This document shows positions 1 through 9,676 of a DNA stretch of 64,000 nt, in pieces. The position numbers and the translations under genes were made by a program. The stretch is from an uncultured Actinomycetota bacterium (GTDB taxonomy: Bacteria > Actinomycetota > Actinomycetes > Propionibacteriales > Actinopolymorphaceae). The notes beneath the pieces were generated by a model. It searched no databases, was not told the DNA's origin, and was given only the letters and a program-made list of their open reading frames with translations. Where the stretch lies: assembly GCA_963791775.1 (NCBI GenBank), contig CAWBTM010000005.1:52943-116942 (forward strand), read 5' to 3'. How positions within the stretch are numbered: position 1 is the first letter of the stretch; each line of letters opens with the position of its first letter.

Positions 1-863
1 GGTCCGACGCCATGCTGGTCGGCTACCGTCCCGGCGCGGACGGGCACCTCGGCCTCGGCAGCAGAGGGCAGAGCCCTCAGGCAGGCGAGGACGTCAGTGT
101 CCTGCCCTGGGGAGATCTGGAGGCGACCGCCGAGCTGCTGACCTCATCGAACGACGTCGCTGCGGTCTTCTGTGAACCCGTCCTGTGCAACTCAGGGGTG
201 CTCGAGCCCCCACCCGGCTTCCTCGCCGGTCTGCGTGAGCTGTGCGACGCGACCGGGACGGTGCTCGTCTTCGACGAGGTGATCACGGGGTTCCGGATCG
301 ATCGCGGCGGCGCGGTCTCGCGTTACGGCGTGACGCCCGATCTGGTTGTCCTGGCGAAGGCTATCGCGGGTGGCTTCCCGTTGGCAGCGATCGCCGGCCG
401 GGCTGAGCTTGTCGACCAGATGATGGCAGGCGTGGTGCATGCGGGCACGTACAACGGAAACCCGGTGGTTCTGACCGCTGCCGCGGCCACCCTGCGCACG
501 CTCGCCGGCCCTGGCGTCTACGAGGACTTCGAACGGCGCGGCAGGGCGTTGGCAGCGGGAATGCGCGCCGCGCTGGATCGACACGACGTGGTGGGGGACG
601 TCCACCAGGTGGGGCCGGTTGTGCAGTGCATGCCGGGCGTCGCCCGCGGCGCGACCTTCACCGAGTTCCTGCGAATCGACCAGGAGTTCTACGACCGGCT
701 GAGTGTGCAGATGCTGCGGCGCGGAGTGTTCACGCTTCCAGGCGGGCGGTGGTATCTGTCCACAGCGCACACCGACGCCCACGTCGCCGAAACCGTGTCG
801 GTGTTCGATGCCGCCCTGGAGCGCACACTCACCGAAGGTCCCGGACCCGTAGCGGCCGCCTGA
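1..863 (+). CDS. Class III PLP aminotransferase (glutamate-1-semialdehyde aminomutase-like), 5'-truncated by the window edge
   Basis: Motifs FCEPVLCNSG, VFDEVITGFR, LAKAIAGGFP (PLP lysine) and HAGTYNGNP; the frame is open to the window start. Confidence 0.85.
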   Translation, partial: SDAMLVGYRPGADGHLGLGSRGQSPQAGEDVSVLPWGDLEATAELLTSSNDVAAVFCEPVLCNSGVLEPPPGFLAGLRELCDATGTVLVFDEVITGFRIDRGGAVSRYGVTPDLVVLAKAIAGGFPLAAIAGRAELVDQMMAGVVHAGTYNGNPVVLTAAAATLRTLAGPGVYEDFERRGRALAAGMRAALDRHDVVGDVHQVGPVVQCMPGVARGATFTEFLRIDQEFYDRLSVQMLRRGVFTLPGGRWYLSTAHTDAHVAETVSVFDAALERTLTEGPGPVAAA

Positions 864-884
864 GAGGGCGCCCGGGTGCAGCCG

Positions 885-1688
885 TCAAGCACGGGTTGGC
901 GGCTGCGCCCCGGACAACGCCGTGGCGACCTCGCGCAGCTGTGCGCCGATCCGGGCGACCAGTCGAGGCTTCATTCGAGCGGAGGGTCCGGAGACACTGA
1001 TGGCGTAGAACGACGACGCCCCAGACCGGGTGATGGGTGCGGCGACACAGGCCGCACCCACCTCGTTCTCCTCCAGGTCGAGGGCATAGCCGCGTTCTCG
1101 AACCTCCTTCAGCTGTTTGAGGAGCTGGTTCCAGTCGCGGATGGTGCGCGGGGTCGCACCACGCAGGTCGGACTGCCCGATCGTGTGGCGTACAGCGTCG
1201 TCCTCCATCTGCGAAAGGATCGCCTTGCCCAGCGCGGTGGAGTTGGCGGGGTCGCGGCTACCGATGCTCGCCGCTGTGCGCAGACTGTGGTGACTTTGAA
1301 TGATCTCGAGGTACTGCACGTCGGCGCCGACGAGTACCGCGAGGTTGACCGTCTCGCCGAAGGAGTCACGAAGCTGCTCCATGTAAGGCGTCGCCAGGCT
1401 CACCAGGTCCTCGGTGCGGGCCAGAGTGCCGGCCGCGGCGACCAGCCTGGGGCCGGGATAGTAGCGCTTCGCGGTGTCGTCCTTGGCGAGAAAGCCCCGT
1501 TCCAGCAACGTGTTGACGATGCGGTAGACGGCCGCCTTCTCGATCCCGGTGGCGTCGGCGAGTTCGCGGATCGTCTGTGGCTCACCCCAGACAAGGGCCT
1601 CGAGCACGTCGATCGCCTTGTCGACCACGCCGACGGTGTGGGTCGTACGGCGTACAGCGGAATCGGCTGGCGCCCCGGCAGTTCGCAT
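885..1688 (-). CDS. IclR family transcriptional regulator
   Basis: N-terminal HTH (VDKAIDVLEAL...ELADATGIEKAAVYRIVNTL), GETVNLAV, STALGKAIL, VRERGYALDLEE, AISVSGP. Confidence 0.93.
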   Translation of the reverse strand: MRTAGAPADSAVRRTTHTVGVVDKAIDVLEALVWGEPQTIRELADATGIEKAAVYRIVNTLLERGFLAKDDTAKRYYPGPRLVAAAGTLARTEDLVSLATPYMEQLRDSFGETVNLAVLVGADVQYLEIIQSHHSLRTAASIGSRDPANSTALGKAILSQMEDDAVRHTIGQSDLRGATPRTIRDWNQLLKQLKEVRERGYALDLEENEVGAACVAAPITRSGASSFYAISVSGPSARMKPRLVARIGAQLREVATALSGAQPPTRA

Positions 1689-1787
1689 AATGAACCATGG
1701 TTGCCCTTCTCGGCCTCGTTGGCAAGAGGCGCGCCATTTTGGCCCGGCCGTCGGCCGGGCCAAGAACGTGAGGCAACGGCGGTCGCG

Positions 1788-2900
1788 TCAGCCTCGGATG
1801 CCGAAGATCCGGACGAACATCGGGGTGTCCACCAGGGTGTGCGGTGCGATCGCGTGGTAGGCCCACACGTGTGTCCAGGCGTTCGCGGTCCGCAGGGTGA
1901 GGTAGGTCTTGAACATCCCCGGCCCGGTATAGAAGAGCACCAGGTAGAGCACCGAGATCAGCGCATCGGCGGGAGAGGCGAAGGTCGTCCACCCGTCGAA
2001 GAAGTGCAGCAGGGCGTACGTCAGCCCGCCCAGCAAGACGGTGGCCGGAACCGAACTCGTCAACCTGAGGTAGCGCGGCGTCAGGATGCAGAAGATGAAC
2101 ACCATGGTGGGCAGCACCGTTCCGGCGAACGACAACACGAACGTCAGCGGCGCACCGAGTAGTGCCTGCCGTGGCGCCAGTCCCAGGATGTTGTCGGATG
2201 TGGCAAGCAGTTGGACCGCGGACTCCAGCACGAGTACGACGGCGATCACCAGTAGGTCGCCGCGCCGGTTCACCGAGCGCAGGTTCAGCTGCTCGGCGGA
2301 GTAGCGGCGGCGGAAGAACGCCAACGGCACAACGGCGTACGCGACGCAGTTGTACACCGCCCAGACGACCGCCTCGGCCGGCGCCACCGGCTGGCTGGTG
2401 CGGATCACCATGCCGTCGAGGTGGAAACCGAAGGCGTGCCAGTCGAACGCCCGGCCCAGCAGGTAGCCGCCCACCATCGCCGCGACGCCGTACGCCAACA
2501 CCAGTTGGGTCTCCCGCTTCGCCACCTGGCGTTCGGGTGCCCGGCTCGCCACGAGTTCGGCGCCGTGCCGGTGCCTGGTGAGCAGCCGGACGATCACCAT
2601 CAAGGCGATGATCTCCACGTACATCGCGTTGGTGCGGACGATGGCGGCGACCGTGGGCGGGTCGGCGAGGCTGGAGGCGCGTAACGGAAGATGCCGGCCC
2701 GCGAGGGCGAGCAGGTTCGCGTTGACGACGAGCCAGCAGGCCAGGCCGGCAACCACGGCCGGAACGTTGTTCGGGTTCTTCGGCGACCCGGGCAGGCTGG
2801 GTGCGGCGGGCGCTGCGGGCTGCGGCCGCCGGGGCGGTGAGGTGCGCGGCCGCCGGGGTGGGGGCGTCCGGTGGGTGTGGGTCGGCTTCGTGCTCGGCAT
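1788..2900 (-). CDS. Multi-pass membrane protein, CPBP/Abi-like C-terminus
   Basis: About 8 hydrophobic segments; YALLH and HVWAYH recall the CPBP His motifs but no EExxxR; divergent from the TetR gene. Confidence 0.6.
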   Translation of the reverse strand: MPSTKPTHTHRTPPPRRPRTSPPRRPQPAAPAAPSLPGSPKNPNNVPAVVAGLACWLVVNANLLALAGRHLPLRASSLADPPTVAAIVRTNAMYVEIIALMVIVRLLTRHRHGAELVASRAPERQVAKRETQLVLAYGVAAMVGGYLLGRAFDWHAFGFHLDGMVIRTSQPVAPAEAVVWAVYNCVAYAVVPLAFFRRRYSAEQLNLRSVNRRGDLLVIAVVLVLESAVQLLATSDNILGLAPRQALLGAPLTFVLSFAGTVLPTMVFIFCILTPRYLRLTSSVPATVLLGGLTYALLHFFDGWTTFASPADALISVLYLVLFYTGPGMFKTYLTLRTANAWTHVWAYHAIAPHTLVDTPMFVRIFGIRG

Positions 2901-2908
2901 GCCTTCAC

Positions 2909-2934
2909 CATACGCTTGTACTATACGGATGTAC
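2909..2934. promoter_or_regulatory. Putative TetR operator pair in the divergent promoter
   Basis: Tandem ATACGCTTGTAC / ATACGGATGTAC, each TAC-N4-GTA-like, in the 44-bp gap between divergent genes. Confidence 0.5.
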
Positions 2935-2944
2935 GATAGATTTC

Positions 2945-3604
2945 ATGACGTCGACGAATGGCCGTGCCGATCGCGGGAAGCAGGGCGCCCGGCCCCGCGT
3001 GCTGACCGCGCTGATGGAGATCATCGCCGAGCGAGGGCTGGACCAGGCGACCATCCGCGAGGTCGCGGCCGGCGCGGGCGTGTCCGTCGGGACGGTGCAG
3101 TACTACTGCCGGAGTAAGGACGAGATGCTCCGGATGGCGTTCGAGTACGCCTGCGAGCAGATCCTGGACCGGATCAGGCAACTGGAGAAGTCCGCGGCCG
3201 GGAAGGCGGGAAAGAAGGAACGCGAGGTCGGCCCGCTGCTGCGCCGCGCCCTGCTGGAGTTCCTGCCGCTGGACGACCGCCGCCGGGCCGAGGCTAAGGT
3301 CTATCTCGCGTTCGCGGCCAGGGCGGCCGTGGCGCCGGACCTGGCCGAGGTGCAGCAGACGATGATGGCGGAGATGCGCGCGATGTGTGCCGCGGCGTTC
3401 CGGTGGGCCGTCGAACGCGGCCAGGCCCACGACGGTCTCGTGCCCGACCGGGCCGCGGCGGTGACCACGGTGCTGGTGGACGGTCTGCTGCTGCACATGC
3501 TCACCGACCCCGCCGGGATGCCGGCGAAGACCGCGACCGGCATCATCGACGACCACCTCGCCCGCTGTGTCAGCCTGGGCGCCGGCCGGAGGAAGGGACG
3601 CTGA
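2945..3604 (+). CDS. TetR/AcrR family regulator (BetI-type C-terminal domain)
   Basis: RGLDQATIREVAAGAGVSVGTVQYY HTH; LLEFLPLD and LVDGLLLH C-terminal pattern. Confidence 0.92.
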   Translation: MTSTNGRADRGKQGARPRVLTALMEIIAERGLDQATIREVAAGAGVSVGTVQYYCRSKDEMLRMAFEYACEQILDRIRQLEKSAAGKAGKKEREVGPLLRRALLEFLPLDDRRRAEAKVYLAFAARAAVAPDLAEVQQTMMAEMRAMCAAAFRWAVERGQAHDGLVPDRAAAVTTVLVDGLLLHMLTDPAGMPAKTATGIIDDHLARCVSLGAGRRKGR

Positions 3605-4335
3605 TGCGCACTATCGGTCTGATCGGCGGGATGAGCTGGGAGAGTTCGGCGGAGTACTACCGGCTGCTCAACGAGGAGACCCGGTCCCGGCTCGGTGGAC
3701 ACCACTGCGCGCCCAGCATGCTGCTCACCGTCGACTTCGCCGAGATCGAGGCCATGCAACGTGCCGGGGCGTGGGACGCCGCCGGCGACCGGCTGGCGCA
3801 GGCCGCCGCCACCTTGGAGAAGGCCGGTGCGGAGGTGATCGTGCTGTGTACGAACACGATGCACCTCGTGGCCGACCGGATCACCGCGGCGATCGGAGTG
3901 CCGTTCCTGCACATCGTGGACGTCACGGCAGACCGGATCACGGCTGCGGGGCACACCACGGTGGGCTTGCTGGCCACGCGTTACACGATGGAACACCCCT
4001 TCTACCGCGACCGGATGCGCGGTCACGGGATCGAGGTGATCGTGCCCGACGAGCCGGACCGCACGCTCGTGCACGACGTCATCTACCAGGAACTGACCCG
4101 GAACAGAGTCGAGCCGGCATCGCGACTGGCGTATCGGAAGGTGATGTCGAGGCTGGCCGAGCGGGGAGCGCAGGCGCTCATCCTGGGATGCACCGAGATC
4201 ACCCTGCTGGTGGACGAGTCCGACAGCCCGGTGCCGGTGTTCGACTCCACCCGCATCCACGTGCAGGCGGCCGTCGACCTCGCGCTGGCCGACGACGCGG
4301 TCACGTCCGCCGACGGGCTCACCGCCCAGGCGTGA
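3604..4335 (+). CDS. Aspartate/glutamate racemase family protein
   Basis: MRTIGLIGGMSWESS, LCTNTMH and LGCTEI (two catalytic Cys); TGATG overlap with the TetR gene. Confidence 0.95.
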   Translation: MRTIGLIGGMSWESSAEYYRLLNEETRSRLGGHHCAPSMLLTVDFAEIEAMQRAGAWDAAGDRLAQAAATLEKAGAEVIVLCTNTMHLVADRITAAIGVPFLHIVDVTADRITAAGHTTVGLLATRYTMEHPFYRDRMRGHGIEVIVPDEPDRTLVHDVIYQELTRNRVEPASRLAYRKVMSRLAERGAQALILGCTEITLLVDESDSPVPVFDSTRIHVQAAVDLALADDAVTSADGLTAQA

Positions 4336-4360
4336 GTGCGGACGTGAGTGCGTCGCCGGC

Positions 4361-4645
4361 TCAGTCGAGGGCGCGTTTGCGTTCGGCGGTGTACTCCCAC
4401 CACGGGCGGGGCGAACCGCCCCCGGCCTGGTCGACGACGGACATGAACGTGTCCAGCAGACACGGGTCGTACCGTCGGCCGTCGCGTACGCACAACGTGT
4501 CGTACAGCTCGAACGGATCCCGGCCGGCGAGCTGGGCGCGTTCGGTGATCCCGAGCCGCGCGAGATAGCCCGCCACGGCGGGACCGACGTTCGCCATCGC
4601 CAGCAGATCGCCGCCGGCCACGCGCCCGGTGCTCTTGTTGCCCAT
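4361..4645 (-). CDS. Helix-hairpin-helix protein (Cdd1/mitomycin-resistance McrB-like)
   Basis: NVGPAVAGYLARLGI...GRDPFELYD.LC...DPCLLDTF...PWWEYTAERK. Confidence 0.8.
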   Translation of the reverse strand: MGNKSTGRVAGGDLLAMANVGPAVAGYLARLGITERAQLAGRDPFELYDTLCVRDGRRYDPCLLDTFMSVVDQAGGGSPRPWWEYTAERKRALD

Positions 4646-4689
4646 GCGTCCATTCCAGCTCACCGTCACCTCCCTGTCTTGTACGGATC

Positions 4690-4790
4690 GGACGTCCAGG
4701 CACGCCTGGGCGGCGAAGTCGAGTACGACGATGCCGCCAATCACGAGCCACGACGACCACGACGCCTGCCCGATGGCCGGCCACGAGGGA
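4690..4790 (-). pseudogene. Possible MFS transporter remnant
   Basis: Intergenic minus frame reads SWSSWLVIGGIVVLDFAAQA, resembling the 'G..LLD.AVQA' helix of DHA1-type MFS; no start codon; boundaries approximate. Confidence 0.35.
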
Positions 4791-4882
4791 CGTGGACAGG
4801 ACGACCGTGCGAAGGACGCCCCGAACGCAAGGGCAGGTTGACAGTCAGGGCATGTTCGGCGGAGGTGGCCTATCCTGGCCGC

Positions 4883-5107
4883 ATGAGTTCCGGACCGGTA
4901 CCTTCCGGGCCCACACCGCCGGAGACGGACGTCTGCCCGGTGTGCCGCGAACCGCTCCGGCCCACCTCGCCGTCGGCGTCGGCGCCGGCATCGGTGGTGG
5001 TGGACGTGGCGACCTGGAGTTGCCCGTACGACTGCGCGCTGACCGTGTGCGCGGAGGAGTGGGAGCGAGCGGTGCTGGCCCTGGCCCGCGAGCGCCGGAC
5101 GAAGTGA
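4883..5107 (+). CDS. Small Cys-rich hypothetical protein (possible zinc ribbon)
   Basis: CPVC...CPYDC...C; GC3-biased codons. Confidence 0.55.
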   Translation: MSSGPVPSGPTPPETDVCPVCREPLRPTSPSASAPASVVVDVATWSCPYDCALTVCAEEWERAVLALARERRTK

Positions 5108-5185
5108 TCGCGGCAGCCCGGCCCCGGGGTGTGGTGCGAAATGGCCGGAGGATGAGAGCCGATCGCGCCGGGTAACACCCAGCAC

Positions 5186-5629
5186 ATGTTCAGTGTGCTG
5201 TCGGAGGAGTTCCTCCGGGAGGTCGTCAGCCTCCTGGTGCGGCTCGTCGAGGCGGCGGGCGCGCTGATCATCTTCGTGGGCGCGGCGTTCGCGTTCGTCC
5301 GCTTCGTCGCCACCGCCATCCGCCGGCGCGGCGAGGAGGACTTCAACGCCGTACGACTCTTCCTGGGCCGCTACCTCACGTTGGGGCTGGAGTTCCAGCT
5401 CGCCAGCGACGTGTTGCGGACGGCGGTCTCACCGACGTTCACCCAGATCGGCCAGCTGGCGGCGATCGCCGCGATCCGTACCGGCCTCAACTACATCCTG
5501 GGCAAGGAGATCGAACGCGAGCGCGCGGCGCTGGAGGAGGCGCCGCGGCCGTCCGGGCTCGGGCCGGGCCGCGGCGGCCAGGGCGGCCAGGGCGGACGGG
5601 GCGGTCAGGGACCCGCCGGGGATGGCTGA
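5186..5629 (+). CDS. DUF1622 family membrane protein
   Basis: RLFLGRYLTLGLEFQLASDVLRTAVSPTF...IRTGLNY. Confidence 0.9.
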   Translation: MFSVLSEEFLREVVSLLVRLVEAAGALIIFVGAAFAFVRFVATAIRRRGEEDFNAVRLFLGRYLTLGLEFQLASDVLRTAVSPTFTQIGQLAAIAAIRTGLNYILGKEIERERAALEEAPRPSGLGPGRGGQGGQGGRGGQGPAGDG

Positions 5630-5906
5630 CACGTACGCGGAGATCATCCGCGGCGCGGTCATCGTCGTCGCCGCCTTCGGCATGGTGGCCGGGTCGGCCG
5701 CACTGGTGTTCGGTGCCGGGATCCGGACGGTGCTGTCGCTGCTGCTGGAGTTCCTGGTGGCGGCGGGCCTGCTGCGGCTGTCCCTCGCCCACACCTGGAC
5801 GGCCCTCCTGGTCGCGGTGGCCACGATCGTGATCCGCAAGATCGTGGTCGCGGGATTCTCGATCCCGCTCTCGCGGCCGGGGAGGCAGCGCCGATCAGGT
5901 CGGTGA
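5622..5906 (+). CDS. Small membrane protein, DUF1622-like
   Basis: LLLEFLVAAGLLRL...TWT.L...IVIRKIV; overlaps the preceding gene. Confidence 0.7.
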   Translation: MADTYAEIIRGAVIVVAAFGMVAGSAALVFGAGIRTVLSLLLEFLVAAGLLRLSLAHTWTALLVAVATIVIRKIVVAGFSIPLSRPGRQRRSGR

Positions 5907-6215
5907 GTTGCCGGTGACCACGGGCTTGCCGGCCTGCATCCAGCCCTGGGTGCCACCGGCGACCGAGTGCGCGTCCAGCCCCGCCCGGGTGAGGACGTCG
6001 GCGCCGGCCAGGCTGCGTCGCCCGCTGGCACAGATCACGTAGATCGGCTGGTCCTTCGGCAGGCTCGCGGTGTGCTGGGGGAGGGTGCCGAGTGGGATCA
6101 ACCGGGCGCCGGGGACGTGCCCGGCGGTGTACTCCTCCGGCTCGCGTACGTCCACGGTGAGGTGGCCCGCCTCGTGCGCGCGGGCGAACTCCGTCAACTC
6201 GATCTCGTGGGCCAT
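5895..6215 (-). CDS. Rhodanese-like domain protein
   Basis: VDVREPEEYTAGHVPGA, ICASGRRS, GGTQGW; RBS GAGGG. Confidence 0.92.
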   Translation of the reverse strand: MAHEIELTEFARAHEAGHLTVDVREPEEYTAGHVPGARLIPLGTLPQHTASLPKDQPIYVICASGRRSLAGADVLTRAGLDAHSVAGGTQGWMQAGKPVVTGNSPT

Positions 6216-6372
6216 CTGGTTCCCCTCACGATGTGTCTGCGGCCCGGACCGGCCGACGCTCGACCCTACCAACGGGCACGCACGGAGCTCCCGCACGCGC
6301 GCCGTCCCGGGGCGGAGGAGGCCGCGATCGGGTCGCCTCTGCTCGTGGGGTTGGCGTTCGTGCTGGCCGTGT

Positions 6373-7554
6373 TCAAGCCGTGGGGTCGGGGCTGGTCGGC
6401 ATCGGACGCCCCAGCCGGGCCTCCGGACGCAGGTCCGCGGCGAGTTCCTCGCCCGCGGCGGCCCGGGCCAGGGCGCGCCCCAGGGCGGGAGCGTGCTTGA
6501 ACAGGTTGTTGCCCGCCGCGAACAGCACCTGCCCGGCCGGGCCGTCGGCACCGGCCTGCCAGACGGCGACGCCGTCGGAGCTCCAGGGCAGTTCGGTCGT
6601 CCAGCAGTGCACGTGGGCCACCGGGTCCGGGTCCAGCCCGGGCAGCGCCGCGCGTACGTAGGCCACGGCGCCGTCGGCGAGTCCGGCCAGCCCGTCGGGG
6701 TCGACCACGCTGCCGTCCGGGCGCGCGGCCACGTGTCCGCTGACCCCCAGAGCGTACGAGCGACTGCCCGGCAGCGCGGCCGCGTAGACACTGCCCGCGA
6801 TGAACTCCCCGCTGGCGTCCTGCAGGCAGGCCAGCCGCGCCGGCGGCTCGTCACGCAGCCGGAACGTCACCCGGGCGTGCGCCCCGAACTCGACCGGCAA
6901 GGTCAGCCCGGCTCCCTGGGCGAGAGCCGCGGTGCCCCGGCCGGCGCAGACCACCACCGTGTCGTAGTCGGCGAGCCGGCTCACCGAACGCACCTGCGCC
7001 CGTCCGGCTGCCCCTTCTCCGGTCCCGGCGGCGTGCACGGACAGCACCTGATCGCCGATGATCTCCCCGTCGACGGCGGCGGCCAGCGCCCGGATCGCGG
7101 CCTGGGTACGGATCGCCCCGGCGGTCTCGTCCAGCATCGCCGGCGCCGATCCCGTCCCGCGGTCCTTGAACAGCGGCACCAGGTCGGCGAGCTCGCCGGG
7201 CCCGACCATCCGGGCGGGGACCCCCGCCTCCCGCAACAGCGCCAGCCGCTCCTCGGCGTCCGGCCCGATGCTCACCGCGCCGTCCTCGGACACCAACTCG
7301 ACCCCGAGCCGGTCCTGCCAGGTACGCCACACCGCCCGGCTCTCCCGCGCCCAGGCGACCAGCCGCGGGTCTTCGTGGGAGTGCCGGAACAGCCGGGACT
7401 GGCCGGTCGACTGCCCGTTGCCCGGTACGCCGACCTCGTAGACGTCGGTTCGGACGCCGAGTTCGGTCAGCGCGTACGCCGTACTCAGGCCCACGATTCC
7501 CGCGCCGATCACGGCGACCCTCGGTGTGCTCCCGCGCCTGCCAGGACTGCTCAT
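6373..7554 (-). CDS. FAD-dependent oxidoreductase (sarcosine oxidase/DAO-like)
   Basis: VAVIGAGIVGLSTA, QSTGQSRLFRH, NLFKHAPALG. Confidence 0.88.
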   Translation of the reverse strand: MSSPGRRGSTPRVAVIGAGIVGLSTAYALTELGVRTDVYEVGVPGNGQSTGQSRLFRHSHEDPRLVAWARESRAVWRTWQDRLGVELVSEDGAVSIGPDAEERLALLREAGVPARMVGPGELADLVPLFKDRGTGSAPAMLDETAGAIRTQAAIRALAAAVDGEIIGDQVLSVHAAGTGEGAAGRAQVRSVSRLADYDTVVVCAGRGTAALAQGAGLTLPVEFGAHARVTFRLRDEPPARLACLQDASGEFIAGSVYAAALPGSRSYALGVSGHVAARPDGSVVDPDGLAGLADGAVAYVRAALPGLDPDPVAHVHCWTTELPWSSDGVAVWQAGADGPAGQVLFAAGNNLFKHAPALGRALARAAAGEELAADLRPEARLGRPMPTSPDPTA

Positions 7555-7678
7555 CCGGCCACCGCCCCATCCGGCCTCGTCGTCCGATCGCCCCTCGGGC
7601 CTGTCCAGCTCCGAGCCTATGGGTGTCGCGGCTTTTTCACTTTCAGCGTGGGCGGACCGCGACGACTACGGTGACCGG

Positions 7679-8881
7679 ATGCGGAGTCTGGTGCGAGGTT
7701 TGCTGGCCACCTGGTTGTCGGCACTGGCGGTCGCGCAGTCCGCCGCCCTCGCCCTCGTGTGGTGGATCTTCATCCGTACTCCACACGGCCAGGTCGTGGA
7801 CGCGACCGTGCTGAGGGGCACGAGGTTCGGCCGGTCCTCGGTGGAGCAGCTGGTGAGTGGCGTACTGGATGCCGTCTCCCTGGCGTCGCTGCTGGCGGCG
7901 ACGATCGTGCTGGGATTCATCGCCCTCGCCCGGCGCCGGTTCCTGCTCGCGGTGGCGGCGACCGTGCTCGTGGCCGGCGCCAACCTCACCACCCAGATCC
8001 TCAAGGACTACGTCATCGCCCGGCCGGACCTCGGCATCGCCGGCACCAACATCGGTGCGCCGAACAGCCTGCCGAGCGGGCACATGACCGTCGCGGCCTC
8101 GGTCGCGGTCGCCGCCGTCATGGTCGTGCCGGCACGGTTGCGCGCGACGGTTGCTGTCCTGGGCGCCTGCTACGCCACGCTCACCGGAGTCGCCACCCTG
8201 TCCGCCGGCTGGCACCGGCCGAGCGACGCACTCGCCGCCCTGCTGGTCGTCGGCGCGTGGGCGTCGGCTGTCGCGGCCGTGCTCGTGCTCGCCCAGCGCT
8301 CGCGAACCACCGGGACCCCGAGCGACCCGCACCCCCGGATGGTGGGCGGGCTCGCGTTGGTGGGTGGTGCCGCGCTGGCGGGTGCGGTGCTTCTCGTCGC
8401 CCTGGCCGACCAGGGCTCGCTGACCCCACCGGTCGAGGTCGGCCGGAGTCGCCTGGCCCTGGCCTATGTGGGCGGCGCGGTCGGGGTGGCGGGTGCGTCC
8501 TGCCTGGCGATGGCGGTCGTACTGGCCACGGTTCACCGGGTGGTGCCCCGGCTCGCCGAGCTGACCGAGACCCCCCGGCCCGCCGCGTCGACGGACCCGG
8601 AACCGGACCTGGTGGCGCCCGGAGAGCCCGACCGAGGTGACCGAGGTGACCGAGGTGACCGGAGCGACCAGGGCGTTTCGCCGGAACGCCGGGCCGGTGC
8701 GGTCGGAAGCTGGACCCTGGGCCCGTCCTGCGTCTGTCAGGGCTGGCGCGTCGTCACGTCGAGGCCTTCCGCGCCGGCGACGGGAGCGGTCGCCGGGGCC
8801 GCCGCTTCGGGGACCTCCGCGCCGGTACGTCTCAGCTTCCGCCACCAGCTTCGTGCGGTCCTACGTCCGGTCTCACGCTGA
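7679..8881 (+). CDS. PAP2 family membrane phosphatase
   Basis: K...RP, NSLPSGH, GWHRPSD; the low-complexity C-terminal tail may be over-extended. Confidence 0.85.
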   Translation: MRSLVRGLLATWLSALAVAQSAALALVWWIFIRTPHGQVVDATVLRGTRFGRSSVEQLVSGVLDAVSLASLLAATIVLGFIALARRRFLLAVAATVLVAGANLTTQILKDYVIARPDLGIAGTNIGAPNSLPSGHMTVAASVAVAAVMVVPARLRATVAVLGACYATLTGVATLSAGWHRPSDALAALLVVGAWASAVAAVLVLAQRSRTTGTPSDPHPRMVGGLALVGGAALAGAVLLVALADQGSLTPPVEVGRSRLALAYVGGAVGVAGASCLAMAVVLATVHRVVPRLAELTETPRPAASTDPEPDLVAPGEPDRGDRGDRGDRSDQGVSPERRAGAVGSWTLGPSCVCQGWRVVTSRPSAPATGAVAGAAASGTSAPVRLSFRHQLRAVLRPVSR

Positions 8882-8988
8882 TCGCCGCTGACGAGGTTGT
8901 CCTCAATGCGGTCCAGGAGGAGCACCACGCCGACGATGCCGACGAGTCCAAGAGTCAGTTGCAAGACAGCTTGCAGGACGTTCCCCAT
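8737..8988 (-). CDS. Small single-TM hypothetical protein
   Basis: MGNVLQAVLQLTLGLVGIVGVVLLLDRIE; GGAG RBS; overlaps the PAP2 tail. Confidence 0.5.
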   Translation of the reverse strand: MGNVLQAVLQLTLGLVGIVGVVLLLDRIEDNLVSGDQRETGRRTARSWWRKLRRTGAEVPEAAAPATAPVAGAEGLDVTTRQP

Positions 8989-9676
8989 CGGTTGACTCCG
9001 ACCTTTTTTTCTCGACTCCTGGGCAGCGCTGCGGCGCGAGCCTAACACCATCGATGAGTTACCGCTGTCCGGCGAATCCGGTCGTGGTGATGCCGGTTAA
9101 CTCCCATTGAAGGGATCTCGAACACGCCGAAATCCAGCCGGTGAAGGCCGAAATCGCAAGCAGTCATCGCTTCTGGGCTCGGCCGAGATGAGCTGTGCCG
9201 CCAAGAAACTGACAGCAGACTGACAGGTTGCCGGCCGGGTGGTACCACCGAAATTGGAATGCGAGCGTGCCTGTCGTCACGCAAATGCGTCAGGACGAAC
9301 GGCGCACACGCTGCGTGCCGCGCCGGTCGCAAGAATGGGGACTTGCATTGAAGTGTTTACTACGTAAGGTTGTCGGCTGCGGGCTCAGGTGGTGAGCCTG
9401 TCGCTCACCGCGGGCGAGTCCCTACCGAGAGGCCCTGAATATGCGCTCTGCGTCATTCGCAGCGCGGCGCCGGCATCGGCGGCGATTCTTCCCGCGACTC
9501 TGACTCGCCGAAATCGGCCTGGTTCGACCGGTGCGACGAGGTCGTCTCCGTTGCTTGACTGGCACAGAGTGCTGTCAACCGCGGGAGGCCGACTGGTCGT
9601 TACGGGCGGAGGGTCCGACCCGAACTTTTGAGAACACATCTGCGGCGGGGGGCCGCGACAACGAGAGGTTGTCTGC

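Noticed and set aside
9550-9580. CIRCE or HAIR heat-shock operator
   Set aside because: Spacing and half-sites do not match TTAGCACTC-N9-GAGTGCTAA or CTTGAGT-N7-ACTCAAG
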